In this document: positions 29,201 through 43,400 of the stretch, one piece after another
How the letters are laid out: each line of letters begins with the position of its first letter
Position numbering within the stretch: position 1 is the stretch's first letter
From: Azolla caroliniana
Taxonomy: Eukaryota; Plantae; Polypodiophyta
Assembly (NCBI GenBank): GCA_043228905.1
Contig: JBHGNT010000002.1
Location: 124,001 to 188,000 of the forward strand
Direction of reading: 5' to 3'
DNA length: 64,000 nt
The notes under the pieces: model-generated
Databases searched by the model: none
What the model saw: only the letters and a program-made list of their open reading frames with translations
What the model was told of the DNA's origin: nothing
Position numbers and translations under genes: made by a program

Positions 29201-32200
29201 ATCTTCGATTCGCATGTTTGAACACAAAAATCCGATATCACACGAGCCAGGTATGAACATTTTCATTTACTCAAGGGCTCCTCTCAACTCACTACTCATG
29301 TTTGGTAATTTAATCATGTCTCTCGAACTGAGTTTCACAATATTGATTTTTCAATACCATATCATAGCTGGCGTTGTTAGCTTCGATTCACATGTTTGAA
29401 CATAAAAATCCGATATCACACGAGCCAGGTATGAACATTTTAATTTACTCAAGGGCTCCTCTCAACTCACTACTCATGTTTGCTAATTTCGTCCTGTCTC
29501 TCGAACTGAGTTTCAAAATCTTGATTTTTGAATTCCATATCATAGCTAGCGTTGTTAGCTTCGATTCGCATGTTTGAACACAAAAATCTGATATCACACG
29601 AGCCAGGTATGAACATTTTCATTTACTCAAGGGCTCCTCTCAACTCGCTCCTCATGTTTGCTAATTTTGTCATGTCTCTCGACCTGAGATTCAAAATCTT
29701 GATTTATCAATTCCATATCATAGTTAGCGTTGTTAGCTTCGATTCGCATATTTGAACACAAAAATCCGATATCACACGAGCCAGGTATGAACATTTTCCT
29801 TTACCCACTAGCTCTTCTCAACTCACTACTCATGTTTGCTAATTTCGTCATGTCTCTCGACCTGAGTTTCAAAATCTTGATTTTTGAATTCCATATCATA
29901 GCTAGCGTTGTTAGCTTCGATTCGCATGTTTGAACACAAAAATCCGATATTACACGAGCCAGGTATGAACATTTTCATTTACTCAAGGGCTCCTCTCAAC
30001 TCCCTCCTCAAATTTGGTAATTTCGTCATGTCTCTCGACCTGAGTTTCAAAATCTTGATTTATCAATTCCATATCATGGCTAGCGTTGTTATCTTCGATT
30101 CGCATGTTCGAACACAAAAATCCGATATCACACGAGCTAGGTATGAACATTTTCATTTACTCAAGGGCTCCTCTCAACTCCCTCCTCAAATTTGGTAATT
30201 TCGTCATGTCTCTCGACATGAGTTTCAAAATCCTGATTTATCAATTCCATATCATGGCTAGCGTTGTTAGCTTCGATTCGCATGTTTGAACACAAAAATC
30301 CGATATTACACGAGCCAGGTATGAACATTTTCATTTACTCAAGGGCTCCTCTCAACTCCCTCCTCAAATTTGGTAATTTCGTCATGTCTCTCGACATGAG
30401 TTTCAAAATCCTGATTTATCAATTCCATATCATGGCTAGCGTTGTTAGCTTCGATTCGCATGTTTGAACACAAAAATCCGATATTACACGAGCCAGGTAT
30501 GAACATTTTCATTTACTCAAGGGCTCCTCTCAACTCCCTCCTCAAATTTGGTAATTTCGTCATGTCTCTCGACCTGAGTTTCAAAATCTTGATTTTTCAA
30601 TTCCATATCATAGCTAGCGTTGTTAGCTTCGATTCGCATGTTTGAACACAAAAATCCGATATCACACGAGCCAGGTATGAACATTTTCATTTACCCACTA
30701 GATCTTCTCAACTCACTCCTCAAATTTGGTAATTTCGTCATGTCTCTCGACCTGAGTTTCAAAATCTTGATTTTTTAATTCGATATCATAGCTAGCGTTG
30801 TTAGCTTCGAGTCGCATGTTTGAACACAAAAATCCGATATTACACAAGCTAGGTATGAACATTTTAATTTACTCAAGGGCTCTTCTCAACTCACTACTCA
30901 TGTTTGCTAATTTCGTCATGTCTCTCGACCTGAGTTTCAAAATCTTGATTTTTGAATTCCATATCATAGCTAGCGTTGTTAGCTTCGATTCGCATGTTTG
31001 AACACAAAAATCCGATATTACACGAGCCAGGTATGAACATTTTCATTTACTCAAGGGCTCCTCTCAACTCCCTCCTCAAATTTGGTAATTTCGTCATGTC
31101 TCTCGACCTGAGTTTCAAAATCTTGATTTATCAATTCCATATCATGGCTAGCGTTGTTATCTTCGATTCGCATGTTCGAACACAAAAATCCGATATCACA
31201 CGAGCTAGGTATGAACATTTTCATTTACTCAAGGGCTCCTCTCAACTCCCTCCTCAAATTTGGTAATTTCGTCATGTCTCTCGACATGAGTTTCAAAATC
31301 CTGATTTATCAATTCCATATCATGGCTAGCGTTGTTAGCTTCGATTCGCATGTTTGAACACAAAAATCCGATATTACACGAGCCAGGTATGAACATTTTC
31401 ATTTACTCAAGGGCTCCTCTCAACTCCCTCCTCAAATTTGGTAATTTCGTCATGTCTCTCGACATGAGTTTCAAAATCCTGATTTATCAATTCCATATCA
31501 TGGCTAGCGTTGTTAGCTTCGATTCGCATGTTTGAACACAAAAATCCGATATTACACGAGCCAGGTATGAACATTTTCATTTACTCAAGGGCTCCTCTCA
31601 ACTCCCTCCTCAAATTTGGTAATTTCGTCATGTCTCTCGACCTGAGTTTCAAAATCTTGATTTTTCAATTCCATATCATAGCTAGCGTTGTTAGCTTCGA
31701 TTCGCATGTTTGAACACAAAAATCCGATATCACACGAGCCAGGTATGAACATTTTCATTTACCCACTAGATCTTCTCAACTCACTCCTCAAATTTGGTAA
31801 TTTCGTCATGTCTCTCGACCTGAGTTTCAAAATCTTGATTTTTGAATTCCATATCATAGCTAGCGTTGTTAGCTTCGATTCGCATGTTTGAACACAAAAA
31901 TCCGATATCACACGAGCCAGGTATGAACATTTTAATTTACTCAAGGGCTCCTCTCAACTCACTACTCATGTTTGCTAATTTCGTCATGTCTCTCGAACTG
32001 AGTTTCACAATATTGATTTTCGAATTCCATATCATAGCTAGCGTTGTTAGCTTCGATTCGCATATTTGAACACAAAAATCCGATATCACACGAGCCAGGT
32101 ATGAACATTTTAATTTACTCAAGGGCTCCTATCAACTCACTCCTCAAATTTGGTAATTGAATCATGTCTCTCGACCTGAGTTTCAAAATCTTCATTTTTT

Positions 32201-33371
32201 AAAATCCATATCATAGCTAGCGTTGTTAGCTTCGATTCACATGTTTGAACACAAAAATCCGATATCACACGAGCCAGGTATGAACATTTTCCTTTACCCA
32301 CTAGCTCTTCTCAACTCACTACTCATGTTTGCTAATTTCGTCCTGTCTCTCGAACTAAGTTTCAAAATCTTGATTTTTGAATTCCATATCATAGCTAGCG
32401 TTGTTAGCTTCGATTCGCATCTTTGAACACAAAAATCCGATATCACACGAGCCAGGTATGAATATTTTAATTTACTCAAGGGCTCCTCTCAACTCACTCC
32501 TCAAATTTGGTAATGTCATCATGTCTCTCGACCTGAGTTTCAAAATCTTGATTTTTGAATTCCATATCATGGCTAGCGTTGTTATCTTCGATTCGCATGT
32601 TTGAACACAAAAATCCGATACCACACGAGCCAGGTATGAACATTTTCATTTACTCAAGGGCTCCTCTCTACTCACTACTCATGTTTGGGAATTTAATCAT
32701 GTCTCTCGAACCAGGTATGAACATTTTCATTTATCCACTAGCTCTTCTCAACTCACTCCTCAAATTTGGTATTTTCGTCATGTCTCTAGACCTGAGTTTC
32801 AAAATCTTGATTTTTGAATTCCATATCATGGCTAGCGTTGTTATCTTCGATTCGCATGTTCGAACACAAAAATCCGATATCACACGAGCTAGGTATGAAC
32901 ATTTTCATTTACTCAAGGGCTCCTCTCAACTCACTCCTCAAATTTGGTAATTTCGTCATGTCTCTCGACCTGAGTTTTAAAATCTTGATTTTTCAATTCC
33001 ATATCATGGCTAGCGTTGTTATCTTCGATTCGCATGTTTGAACACAAAAATCCGATATCACACGAGCCAGGTATGAACATTTTCATTTACTCAAGGGCTC
33101 CTCTCAACTCACTACTCATGTTTGGTAATTTAATCATGTCTCTCGACCTGAGTTTCAAAATCTTGATTTTTCAATACCATATCATAGCTGGCGTTGTTAG
33201 CTTCGATTCACATGTTTGAACATAAAAATCCGATATCACACGAGCCAGGTATGAACATTTTAATTTACTCAAGGGCTCCTCTCAACTCACTACTCATGTT
33301 TGCTAATTTCGTCCTGTCTCTCGAACTGAGTTTCAAAATCTTGATTTTTGAATTCCATATCATAGCTAGGG
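23240..33371 (+). repeat. Tandem HOR duplication, unit 5066 bp (28x178+81+1), near identical copies
   Basis: Each ORF-track variant from 23240 to 28128 recurs at +5066 (28306-33194). Shared private alleles include gggaattt (~27621/32688), gaactaag and attttcgaatt. Confidence 0.93.
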
Positions 33372-36300
33372 TTGTTAGCTTCGATTCGCATGTTTGAACA
33401 CAAAAATCTGATATCACACGAGCCAGGTATGAACATTTTCATTTACTCAAGGGCTCCTCTCAACTCGCTCCTCATGTTTGCTAATTTTGTCATGTCTCTC
33501 GACCTGAGATTCAAAATCTTGATTTATCAATTCCATATCATAGTTAGCGTTGTTAGCTTCGATTCGCATATTTGAACACAAAAATCCGATATCACACGAG
33601 CCAGGTATGAACATTTTCCTTTACCCACTAGCTCTTCTCAACTCACTACTCATGTTTGCTAATTTCGTCATGTCTCTCGACCTGAGTTTCAAAATCTTGA
33701 TTTTTGAATTCCATATCATAGCTAGCGTTGTTAGCTTCGATTCGCATGTTTGAACACAAAAATCCGATATTACACGAGCCAGGTATGAACATTTTCATTT
33801 ACTCAAGGGCTCCTCTCAACTCCCTCCTCAAATTTGGTAATTTCGTCATGTCTCTCGACCTGAGTTTCAAAATCTTGATTTATCAATTCCATATCATGGC
33901 TAGCGTTGTTATCTTCGATTCGCATGTTCGAACACAAAAATCCGATATCACACGAGCTAGGTATGAACATTTTCATTTACTCAAGGGCTCCTCTCAACTC
34001 CCTCCTCAAATTTGGTAATTTCGTCATGTCTCTCGACATGAGTTTCAAAATCCTGATTTATCAATTCCATATCATGGCTAGCGTTGTTAGCTTCGATTCG
34101 CATGTTTGAACACAAAAATCCGATATTACACGAGCCAGGTATGAACATTTTCATTTACTCAAGGGCTCCTCTCAACTCCCTCCTCAAATTTGGTAATTTC
34201 GTCATGTCTCTCGACATGAGTTTCAAAATCCTGATTTATCAATTCCATATCATGGCTAGCGTTGTTAGCTTCGATTCGCATGTTTGAACACAAAAATCCG
34301 ATATTACACGAGCCAGGTATGAACATTTTCATTTACTCAAGGGCTCCTCTCAACTCCCTCCTCAAATTTGGTAATTTCGTCATGTCTCTCGACCTGAGTT
34401 TCAAAATCTTGATTTTTCAATTCCATATCATAGCTAGCGTTGTTAGCTTCGATTCGCATGTTTGAACACAAAAATCCGATATCACACGAGCCAGGTATGA
34501 ACATTTTCATTTACCCACTAGATCTTCTCAACTCACTCCTCAAATTTGGTAATTTCGTCATGTCTCTCGACCTGAGTTTCAAAATCTTGATTTTTTAATT
34601 CGATATCATAGCTAGCGTTGTTAGCTTCGAGTCGCATGTTTGAACACAAAAATCCGATATTACACAAGCTAGGTATGAACATTTTAATTTACTCAAGGGC
34701 TCTTCTCAACTCACTACTCATGTTTGCTAATTTCGTCATGTCTCTCGACCTGAGTTTCAAAATCTTGATTTTTGAATTCCATATCATAGCTAGCGTTGTT
34801 AGCTTCGATTCGCATGTTTGAACACAAAAATCCGATATTACACGAGCCAGGTATGAACATTTTCATTTACTCAAGGGCTCCTCTCAACTCCCTCCTCAAA
34901 TTTGGTAATTTCGTCATGTCTCTCGACCTGAGTTTCAAAATCTTGATTTATCAATTCCATATCATGGCTAGCGTTGTTATCTTCGATTCGCATGTTCGAA
35001 CACAAAAATCCGATATCACACGAGCTAGGTATGAACATTTTCATTTACTCAAGGGCTCCTCTCAACTCCCTCCTCAAATTTGGTAATTTCGTCATGTCTC
35101 TCGACATGAGTTTCAAAATCCTGATTTATCAATTCCATATCATGGCTAGCGTTGTTAGCTTCGATTCGCATGTTTGAACACAAAAATCCGATATTACACG
35201 AGCCAGGTATGAACATTTTCATTTACTCAAGGGCTCCTCTCAACTCCCTCCTCAAATTTGGTAATTTCGTCATGTCTCTCGACATGAGTTTCAAAATCCT
35301 GATTTATCAATTCCATATCATGGCTAGCGTTGTTAGCTTCGATTCGCATGTTTGAACACAAAAATCCGATATTACACGAGCCAGGTATGAACATTTTCAT
35401 TTACTCAAGGGCTCCTCTCAACTCCCTCCTCAAATTTGGTAATTTCGTCATGTCTCTCGACCTGAGTTTCAAAATCTTGATTTTTCAATTCCATATCATA
35501 GCTAGCGTTGTTAGCTTCGATTCGCATGTTTGAACACAAAAATCCGATATCACACGAGCCAGGTATGAACATTTTCATTTACCCACTAGATCTTCTCAAC
35601 TCACTCCTCAAATTTGGTAATTTCGTCATGTCTCTCGACCTGAGTTTCAAAATCTTGATTTTTGAATTCCATATCATAGCTAGCGTTGTTAGCTTCGATT
35701 CGCATGTTTGAACACAAAAATCCGATATCACACGAGCCAGGTATGAACATTTTAATTTACTCAAGGGCTCCTCTCAACTCACTACTCATGTTTGCTAATT
35801 TCGTCCTGTCTCTCGAACTGAGTTTCACAATATTGATTTTCGAATTCCATATCATAGCTAGCGTTGTTAGCTTCGATTCGCATATTTGAACACAAAAATC
35901 CGATATCACACGAGCCAGGTATGAACATTTTAATTTACTCAAGGGCTCCTATCAACTCACTCCTCAAATTTGGTAATTGAATCATGTCTCTCGACCTGAG
36001 TTTCAAAATCTTCATTTTTTAAAATCCATATCATAGCTAGCGTTGTTAGCTTCGATTCACATGTTTGAACACAAAAATCCGATATCACACGAGCCAGGTA
36101 TGAACATTTTCCTTTACCCACTAGCTCTTCTCAACTCACTACTCATGTTTGCTAATTTCGTCCTGTCTCTCGAACTAAGTTTCAAAATCTTGATTTTTGA
36201 ATTCCATATCATAGCTAGCGTTGTTAGCTTCGATTCGCATCTTTGAACACAAAAATCCGATATCACACGAGCCAGGTATGAATATTTTAATTTACTCAAG

Positions 36301-36660
36301 GGCTCCTCTCAACTCACTCCTCAAATTTGGTAATGTCATCATGTCTCTCGACCTGAGTTTCAAAATCTTGATTTTTGAATTCCATATCATGGCTAGCGTT
36401 GTTATCTTCGATTCGCATGTTTGAACACAAAAATCCGATACCACACGAGCCAGGTATGAACATTTTCATTTACTCAAGGGCTCCTCTCTACTCACTACTC
36501 ATGTTTGGGAATTTAATCATGTCTCTCGAACCAGGTATGAACATTTTCATTTATCCACTAGCTCTTCTCAACTCACTCCTCAAATTTGGTATTTTCGTCA
36601 TGTCTCTAGACCTGAGTTTCAAAATCTTGATTTTTGAATTCCATATCATGGCTAGCGTTG
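33372..36660 (+). repeat. Third partial copy of the 5066-bp HOR (offset 3820 = 21x178+82 from 29552-32840)
   Basis: Matches 29552/33372, 30798/34618, 31688/35508, 32555/36375, with the same private alleles. Confidence 0.9.
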
Positions 36661-37481
36661 TTAGCTTCGATTCACATGTTTGAACACAAAAATCCGATAT
36701 CACACGAGCCAGGTATGAACATTTTAATTTACCCACTAGCTCTTCTCAACTCACTCCTCAAATTTGGTAATTTCGTCCTGTCTCTCGAACTGAGTTTCAC
36801 AATATTGATTTTTGAATTCCATATCATAGCTAGCGTTGTTAGCTTCGATTCACATGTTTGAACACAAAAATCCGATATCACACGAGCCAGGTATGAACAT
36901 TTTCATTTACTCAAGGGCTCCTCTCAACTCACTACTCATGTTTGGTAATTTAATCACGTCTCTCGACCTGAGTTTCAAAATCTTGATTTTTCACACAAGC
37001 CAGGTATGAACATTTTAATTTACCTACCAGCTCTTCTCAACTCACTCCTCAAATTTGGTAATTTCGTCATGTCTCTCGACCTGAGTTTAAAATCTTGATT
37101 TTCTAATTCCATATCATAGCTAGCGTTGTTAGCTTCGATTCGCATGTTTGAACACAAAAATCAGATATTACACGAGCCAGATATGAACATTTTAATTTAC
37201 TCAAGGGCTCCTCTCAACTCACTCCTCAAATTTGGTAATTTCGTCATGTCTCTCGACCTGAGTTTCAAAATCTTGATTTTTTAATTCGATATCATAGCTA
37301 GCGTTGTTAGCTTCGATTCGCATGTTTGAACACAAAAATCCGATATAACACGAGCCAGGTATGAACATTTTAATTTACTCAAGGGCTCCTCTCAACTCAC
37401 TACTCATGTTTGCTAATTTCGTCATGTCTCTCGACCGGAGTTTCAAAATCTTGATTTTTGAATTCCATATCATAGCTAGCG

Positions 37482-40400
37482 TTGTTAGCTTCGATTCGCA
37501 TGTTTGAACACAAAAATCCGATATTACACGAGCCAGCTATGAACATTTTAATTTAGTCAAGGGCTCCTCTCAACTCACTCCTCAAATTTGGTAATTGAAT
37601 CATGTCTCTCGACCTGAGTTTCAAAATCTTCATTTTTTAAAATCCATATCATAGCTAGCGTTGTTAGCTTCGATTCACATGTTTGAAAACAAAAATCCGA
37701 TATCACACGAGCCAGGTATGAACATTTTCCTTTACCCACTAGCTCTTCTCAACTCACTACTCATGTTTGCTAATTTCGTCCTGTCTCTCGAACTGAGTTT
37801 CGAAATCTTGATTTTTGAATTCCATATCATAGCTAGCGTTGTTAGCTTCGATTCGCATGTTTGAACACAAAAATCCGATATCACACGAGCCAGGTATGAA
37901 TATTTTAATTTACTCAAGGGCTCCTCTCAACTCACTCCTCAAATTTGGTAATGTCATCATGTCTCTCGACCTGAGTTTCAAAATCTTGATTTTTGAATTC
38001 CATATCATGGCTAGCGTTGTTATCTTCGATTCGCATGTTTGAACACAAAAATCCTATATCACACAAGCCAGGTATGAACATTTTAATTTACCTACTAGCT
38101 CTTCTCAACTCACTCCTTAAATTTGGTAATTTCGTCATGTCTCTCGACCTGAGTTTCAAAATCTTGATTTTTTAATTCCATATCATAGCTAGCGTTGTTA
38201 GCTTCGATTCGCATGTTTGAACACAAAAATCCGATATTACACAAGCCAGGTATGAACATTTTAATTTACTCAAGGGCTTCGCTCAACTCACTACTCATGT
38301 TTGCTAATTTCGTCATGTCTCTCGACCGGAGTTTCAAAATCTTGATTTTTGAATTCCATATCATAGTTAGCGTTGTTAGCTTCGATTTGCATGTTTGAAC
38401 ACAAAAATCCGATATCAGACGAGCCAGGTATGAACATTTTCATTTACTCAAGGGTTCCTCTCAACTCCCTCCTCATTTTGCTAATTTTGTCATGTCTCTC
38501 GACCTGAGTTTCAAAATCTTGATTTTTCAATTCCATATCGTGGCTAGCATTGTTAGCTTCGATTCGCATGTTTGAACACAAAAATCCGATATCACACGAG
38601 CCAGGTATGAACATTTTCATTTACTCAAGGGCTCCTCTCAACTCACTCCTCAAATTTGGTAATTTCGTCATGTCTCTCGACCTGAGTTTCAAAATCTTGA
38701 TTTTTTAATTCCAGATCATAGCTAGCGTTGTTAGCTTCGATTCGCATGTTTGAACACAAAAATCCGATATTACACGAGCCAGCTATGAACATTTTAATTT
38801 AGTCAAGGGCTCCTCTCAACTCACTCCTCAAATTTGGTAATTTCGTCATGTCTCTCGACCTGAGTTTCAAAATCTTGATTTTTCAACTCCATATCATGGC
38901 TAGCGTTGTTATCTTCGATTCGCATGTTTGAACACAAAAATCCGATATCACACGAGCCAGGTATGAACATTTTCATTTACTCAAGGGCTCCTCTCAACTC
39001 ACTACTCATGTTTGGTAATTTAATCACGTCTCTCGACCTGAGTTTCAAAATCTTGATTTTTCAATACCATATCATAGCTAGCGTTGTTAGCTTCGATTCG
39101 CATGTTTGAACACAGAAATCCGATATCACACGAGCCAGGTATGAACATTTTAATTTACTCAAGGGCTCCTCTCAACTCGCTCCTCATGTTTGCTAATTTC
39201 ATCGTGTTTCTCGACCTGAGTTTCAAAATCTTGATTTGTTAATTCCATATCATAGCTAGCGTTGTTAGCTTCGATTCCCATGTTTGAACACAAAAATCCG
39301 ATATCACACAAGCCAGGTATGAACATTTTAATTTACCTACCAGCTCTTCTCAACTCACTCCTCAAATTTGGTAATTTCGTCATGTCTCTCGACCTGAGTT
39401 TAAAATCTTGATTTTCTAATTCCATATCATAGCTAGCGTTGTTAGCTTCGATTCGCATGTTTGAACACAAAAATCCGATATTACACGAGCCAGATATGAA
39501 CATTTTAATTTACTCAAGGGCTCCTCTCAACTCACTCCTCAAATTTGGTAATTTCGTCATGTCTCTCGACCTGAGTTTCAAATTCTTCAGTTTTCAATTC
39601 CATATCGTGGCTAGCATTGTTAGCTTCGATTCGCATGTTTGAACACAAAAATCCGATATTACAAGAGCCAGCTATGAACATTTTAATTTAGTCAAGGGCT
39701 CCTCTCAAGTCACTCCTCAAATTTGGTAATTTCGTCGTGTCTCTCGACCTGAGTTTCAAAATGTTGATTTATTAATTCCATATCATAGCTAGCGTTGTTA
39801 GCTTCGATTCGCATGTTTGAACACAAAAATCCGATATCACACAAGCCAGGTATGAACATTTTAATTTACTCAAGGGCTCCTCTCAACTCACTACTCATGT
39901 TTGCTAATTTCGTCATGTCTCTCGACCGGAGTTTCAAAATCTTGATTTTTGAAATTCCATATCATAGCTAGCGTTGTTAGCTTCGATTCGCATGTTTGAA
40001 CACATAAATCCGATATTACACGAGCCAGGTATGAACATTTTAATTTACTCAAGGGCTTCGCTCAACTCACTACTCATGTTTGCTAATTTCGTCATGTCTC
40101 TCGACCGGAGTTTCAAAATCTTGATTTTTGAATTCCATATCATAGTTAGCGTTGTTAGCTTCGATTCGCATGTTTGAACACAAAAATCTGATATCAGACG
40201 AGCCAGGTATGAAGCTTTTCATTTACTCAAGGGCTCCTCTCAACTCCCTCCTTATGTTTGCTAATTTTGTCATGTCTCTCGACCTGAGTTTCAAAATCTT
40301 GATTTTTCAATTCCATATCGTGGCTAGCATTGTTAGCTTCGATTCGCATGTTTGAACACAAAAATCCGATATCACACGAGCCAGGTATGAACATTTTCAT

Positions 40401-43400
40401 TTACTCAAGGGCTCCTCTCAACTCACTCCTCAAATTTGGTAATTTCGTCATGTCTCTCGACCTGAGTTTCAAAATCTTGATTTTTCAATTCCATATCATA
40501 GCTAGCGTTGTTAGCTTCGATTCGCATGTTTGAACACAAAAAGCCGATATCACACGAGCCAGGTATGAACATTTTCATTTACCCACTAGATCTTCTCAAC
40601 TCACTCCTCAAATTTGGTAATTTCGTCATGTCTCTCGACCTGAGTTTCAAAATCTTGATTTTTTAATTCGATATCATAGCTAGCGTTGTTAGCTTCGATT
40701 CGCATGTTTGAACACAAAAATCCGATATAACACGAGCCAGGTATGAACATTTTAATTTACTCAAGGGCTCCTCTCAACTCACTACTCATGTTTGCTAATT
40801 TCGTCATGTCTCTCGACCGGAGTTTCAAAATCTTGATTTTTGAATTCCATATCATAGCTAGCGTTGTTAGCTTCGATTCGCATGTTTGAACACAAAAATC
40901 CGATATCACACGAGCCAGGTATGAACATTTTCATTTACTCAAGGGCTCCTCTCAACTCCCTCCTCATGTTTGCTAATTTTGTCATGTCTCTCGACCTGAG
41001 TTTCAAAATCTTGATTTTTCAATTCCATATCGTGGCTAGCATTGTTAGCTTCGTTTCGCATGTTTGAACACAAAAATCCGATATTACACGAGCCAGCTAT
41101 GAACATTTTAATTTAGTCAAGGGCTCCTCTCAACTCACTCCTCAAATTTGGTAATTGAATCATGTCTCTCGACCTGAGTTTCAAAATCTTCATTTTTTAA
41201 AATCCATATCATAGCTAGCGTTGTTAGCTTCGATTCACATGTTTGAACACAAAAATCCGATATCACACGAGCCAGGTATGAACATTTTCCTTTACCCACT
41301 AGCTCTTCTCAACTCACTACTCATGTTTGCTAATTTCGCCCTGTCTCTCGAACTGAGTTTCAAAATCTTGATTTTTGAATTCCATATCATAGCTAGCGTT
41401 GTTAGCTTCGATTCGCATGTTTCAACACAAAAATCCGATATCACACGAGCCAGGTATGAATATTTTAATTTACTCAAGGGCTCCTCTCAACTCACTCCTC
41501 AAATTTGGTAATGTCATCATGTCTCTCGACCTGAGTTTCAAAATCTTGATTTTTGAATTCCATATCATGGCTAGCGTTGTTATCTTCGATTCGCATGTTT
41601 GAACACAAAAATCCTATATCACACAAGCCAGGTATGAACATTTTAATTTACCTACTAGCTCTTCTCAACTCACTCCTTAAATTTGGTAATTTCGTCATGT
41701 CTCTCGACCTGAGTTTCAAAATCTTGATTTTTTAATTCCATATCATAGCTAGCGTTGTTAGCTTCGATTCGCATGTTTGAACACAAAAATCCGATATTAC
41801 ACGAGCCAGGTATGAACATTTTAATTTACTCAAGGGCTTCGCTCAACTCACTACTCATGTTTGCTAATTTCGTCATGTCTCTCGACCGGAGTTTCAAAAT
41901 CTTGATTTTTGAATTCCATATCATAGTTAGCGTTGTTAGCTTCGATTCGCATGTTTGAACACAAAAATCCGATATCAGACGAGCCAGGTATGAACATTTT
42001 CATTTACTCAAGGGTTCCTCTCAACTCCCTCCTCATTTTGCTAATTTTGTCATGTCTCTCGACCTGAGTTTCAAAATCTTGATTTTTCAATTCCATATCG
42101 TGGCTAGCATTGTTAGCTTCGATTCGCATGTTTGAACACAAAAATCCGATATCACACGAGCCAGGTATGAACATTTTCATTTACTCAAGGGCTCCTCTCA
42201 ACTCACTCCTCAAATTTGGTAATTTCGTCATGTCTCTCGACCTGAGTTTCAAAATCTTGATTTTTTAATTCCAGATCATAGCTAGCGTTATTAGCTTCGA
42301 TTCGCATTTTTGAACACAAAAATCCGATATTACACGAGCCAGCTATGAACATTTTAATTTAGTCAAGGGCTCCTCTCAACTCACTCCTCAAATTTGGTAA
42401 TTTCGTCATGTCTCTCGACCTGAGTTTCAAAATCTTGATTTTTCAATTCCATATCATGGCTAGCGTTGTTATCTTCGATTCGCATGTTTGAACACAAAAA
42501 TCCGATATCACACGAGCCAGGTATGAACATTTTCATTTACTCAAGGGCTCCTCTCAACTCACTACTCATGTTTGGTAATTTAATCACGTCTCTCGACCTG
42601 AGTTTCAAAATCTTGATTTTTCAATACCATATCATAGCTAGCGTTGTTAGCTTCGATTCGCATGTTTGAACACAGAAATCCGATATCACACGAGCCAGGT
42701 ATGAACATTTTAATTTACTCAAGGGCTCCTCTCAACTCGCTCCTCATGTTTGCTAATTTCATCGTGTTTCTCGACCTGAGTTTCAAAATCTTGATTTGTT
42801 AATTCCATATCATAGCTAGCGTTGTTAGCTTCGATTCCCATGTTTGAACACAAAAATCCGATATCACACAAGCCACGTATGAACATTTTAATTTACCTAC
42901 CAGCTCTTCTCAACTCACTCCTCAAATTTGGTAATTTCGTCATGTCTCTCGACCTGAGTTTACAATCTTGATTTTCTAATTCCATATCATAGCTAGCGTT
43001 GTTAGCTTCGATTCGCATGTTTGAACACAAAAATCCGATATTACACGAGCCAGATATGAACATTTTAATTTACTCAAGGGCTCCTCTCAACTCACTCCTC
43101 AAATTTGGTAATTTCGTCATGTCTCTCGACCTGAGTTTCAAAATCTTCAGTTTTCAATTCCATATCGTGGCTAGCATTGTTAGCTTCGATTCGCATGTTT
43201 GAACACAAAAATCCGATATTACACGAGCCAGCTATGAACATTTTAATTTAGTCAAGGGCTCCTCTCAACTCACTCCTCAAATTTGGTAATTTCGTCGTGT
43301 CTCTCGACCTGAGTTTCAAAATGTTGATTTATTAATTCCATATCATAGCTAGCGTTGTTAGCTTCGATTCGCATGTTTGAACACAAAAATCCGATATCAC

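Larger units (their letters stand above)
1..36990 (+). repeat. Satellite domain A: HORs marked by a recurrent 81-bp truncated monomer and a 179-bp monomer
   Basis: The junction tctcgaaccaggtatg occurs 13 times (1628-36531) and never to the right of ~36.6 kb. It is usually preceded by the cassette 179-mer (cttcattttttaaaatcc), ttcctttacccac monomer, catctttg monomer, gataccac monomer. Confidence 0.9.
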
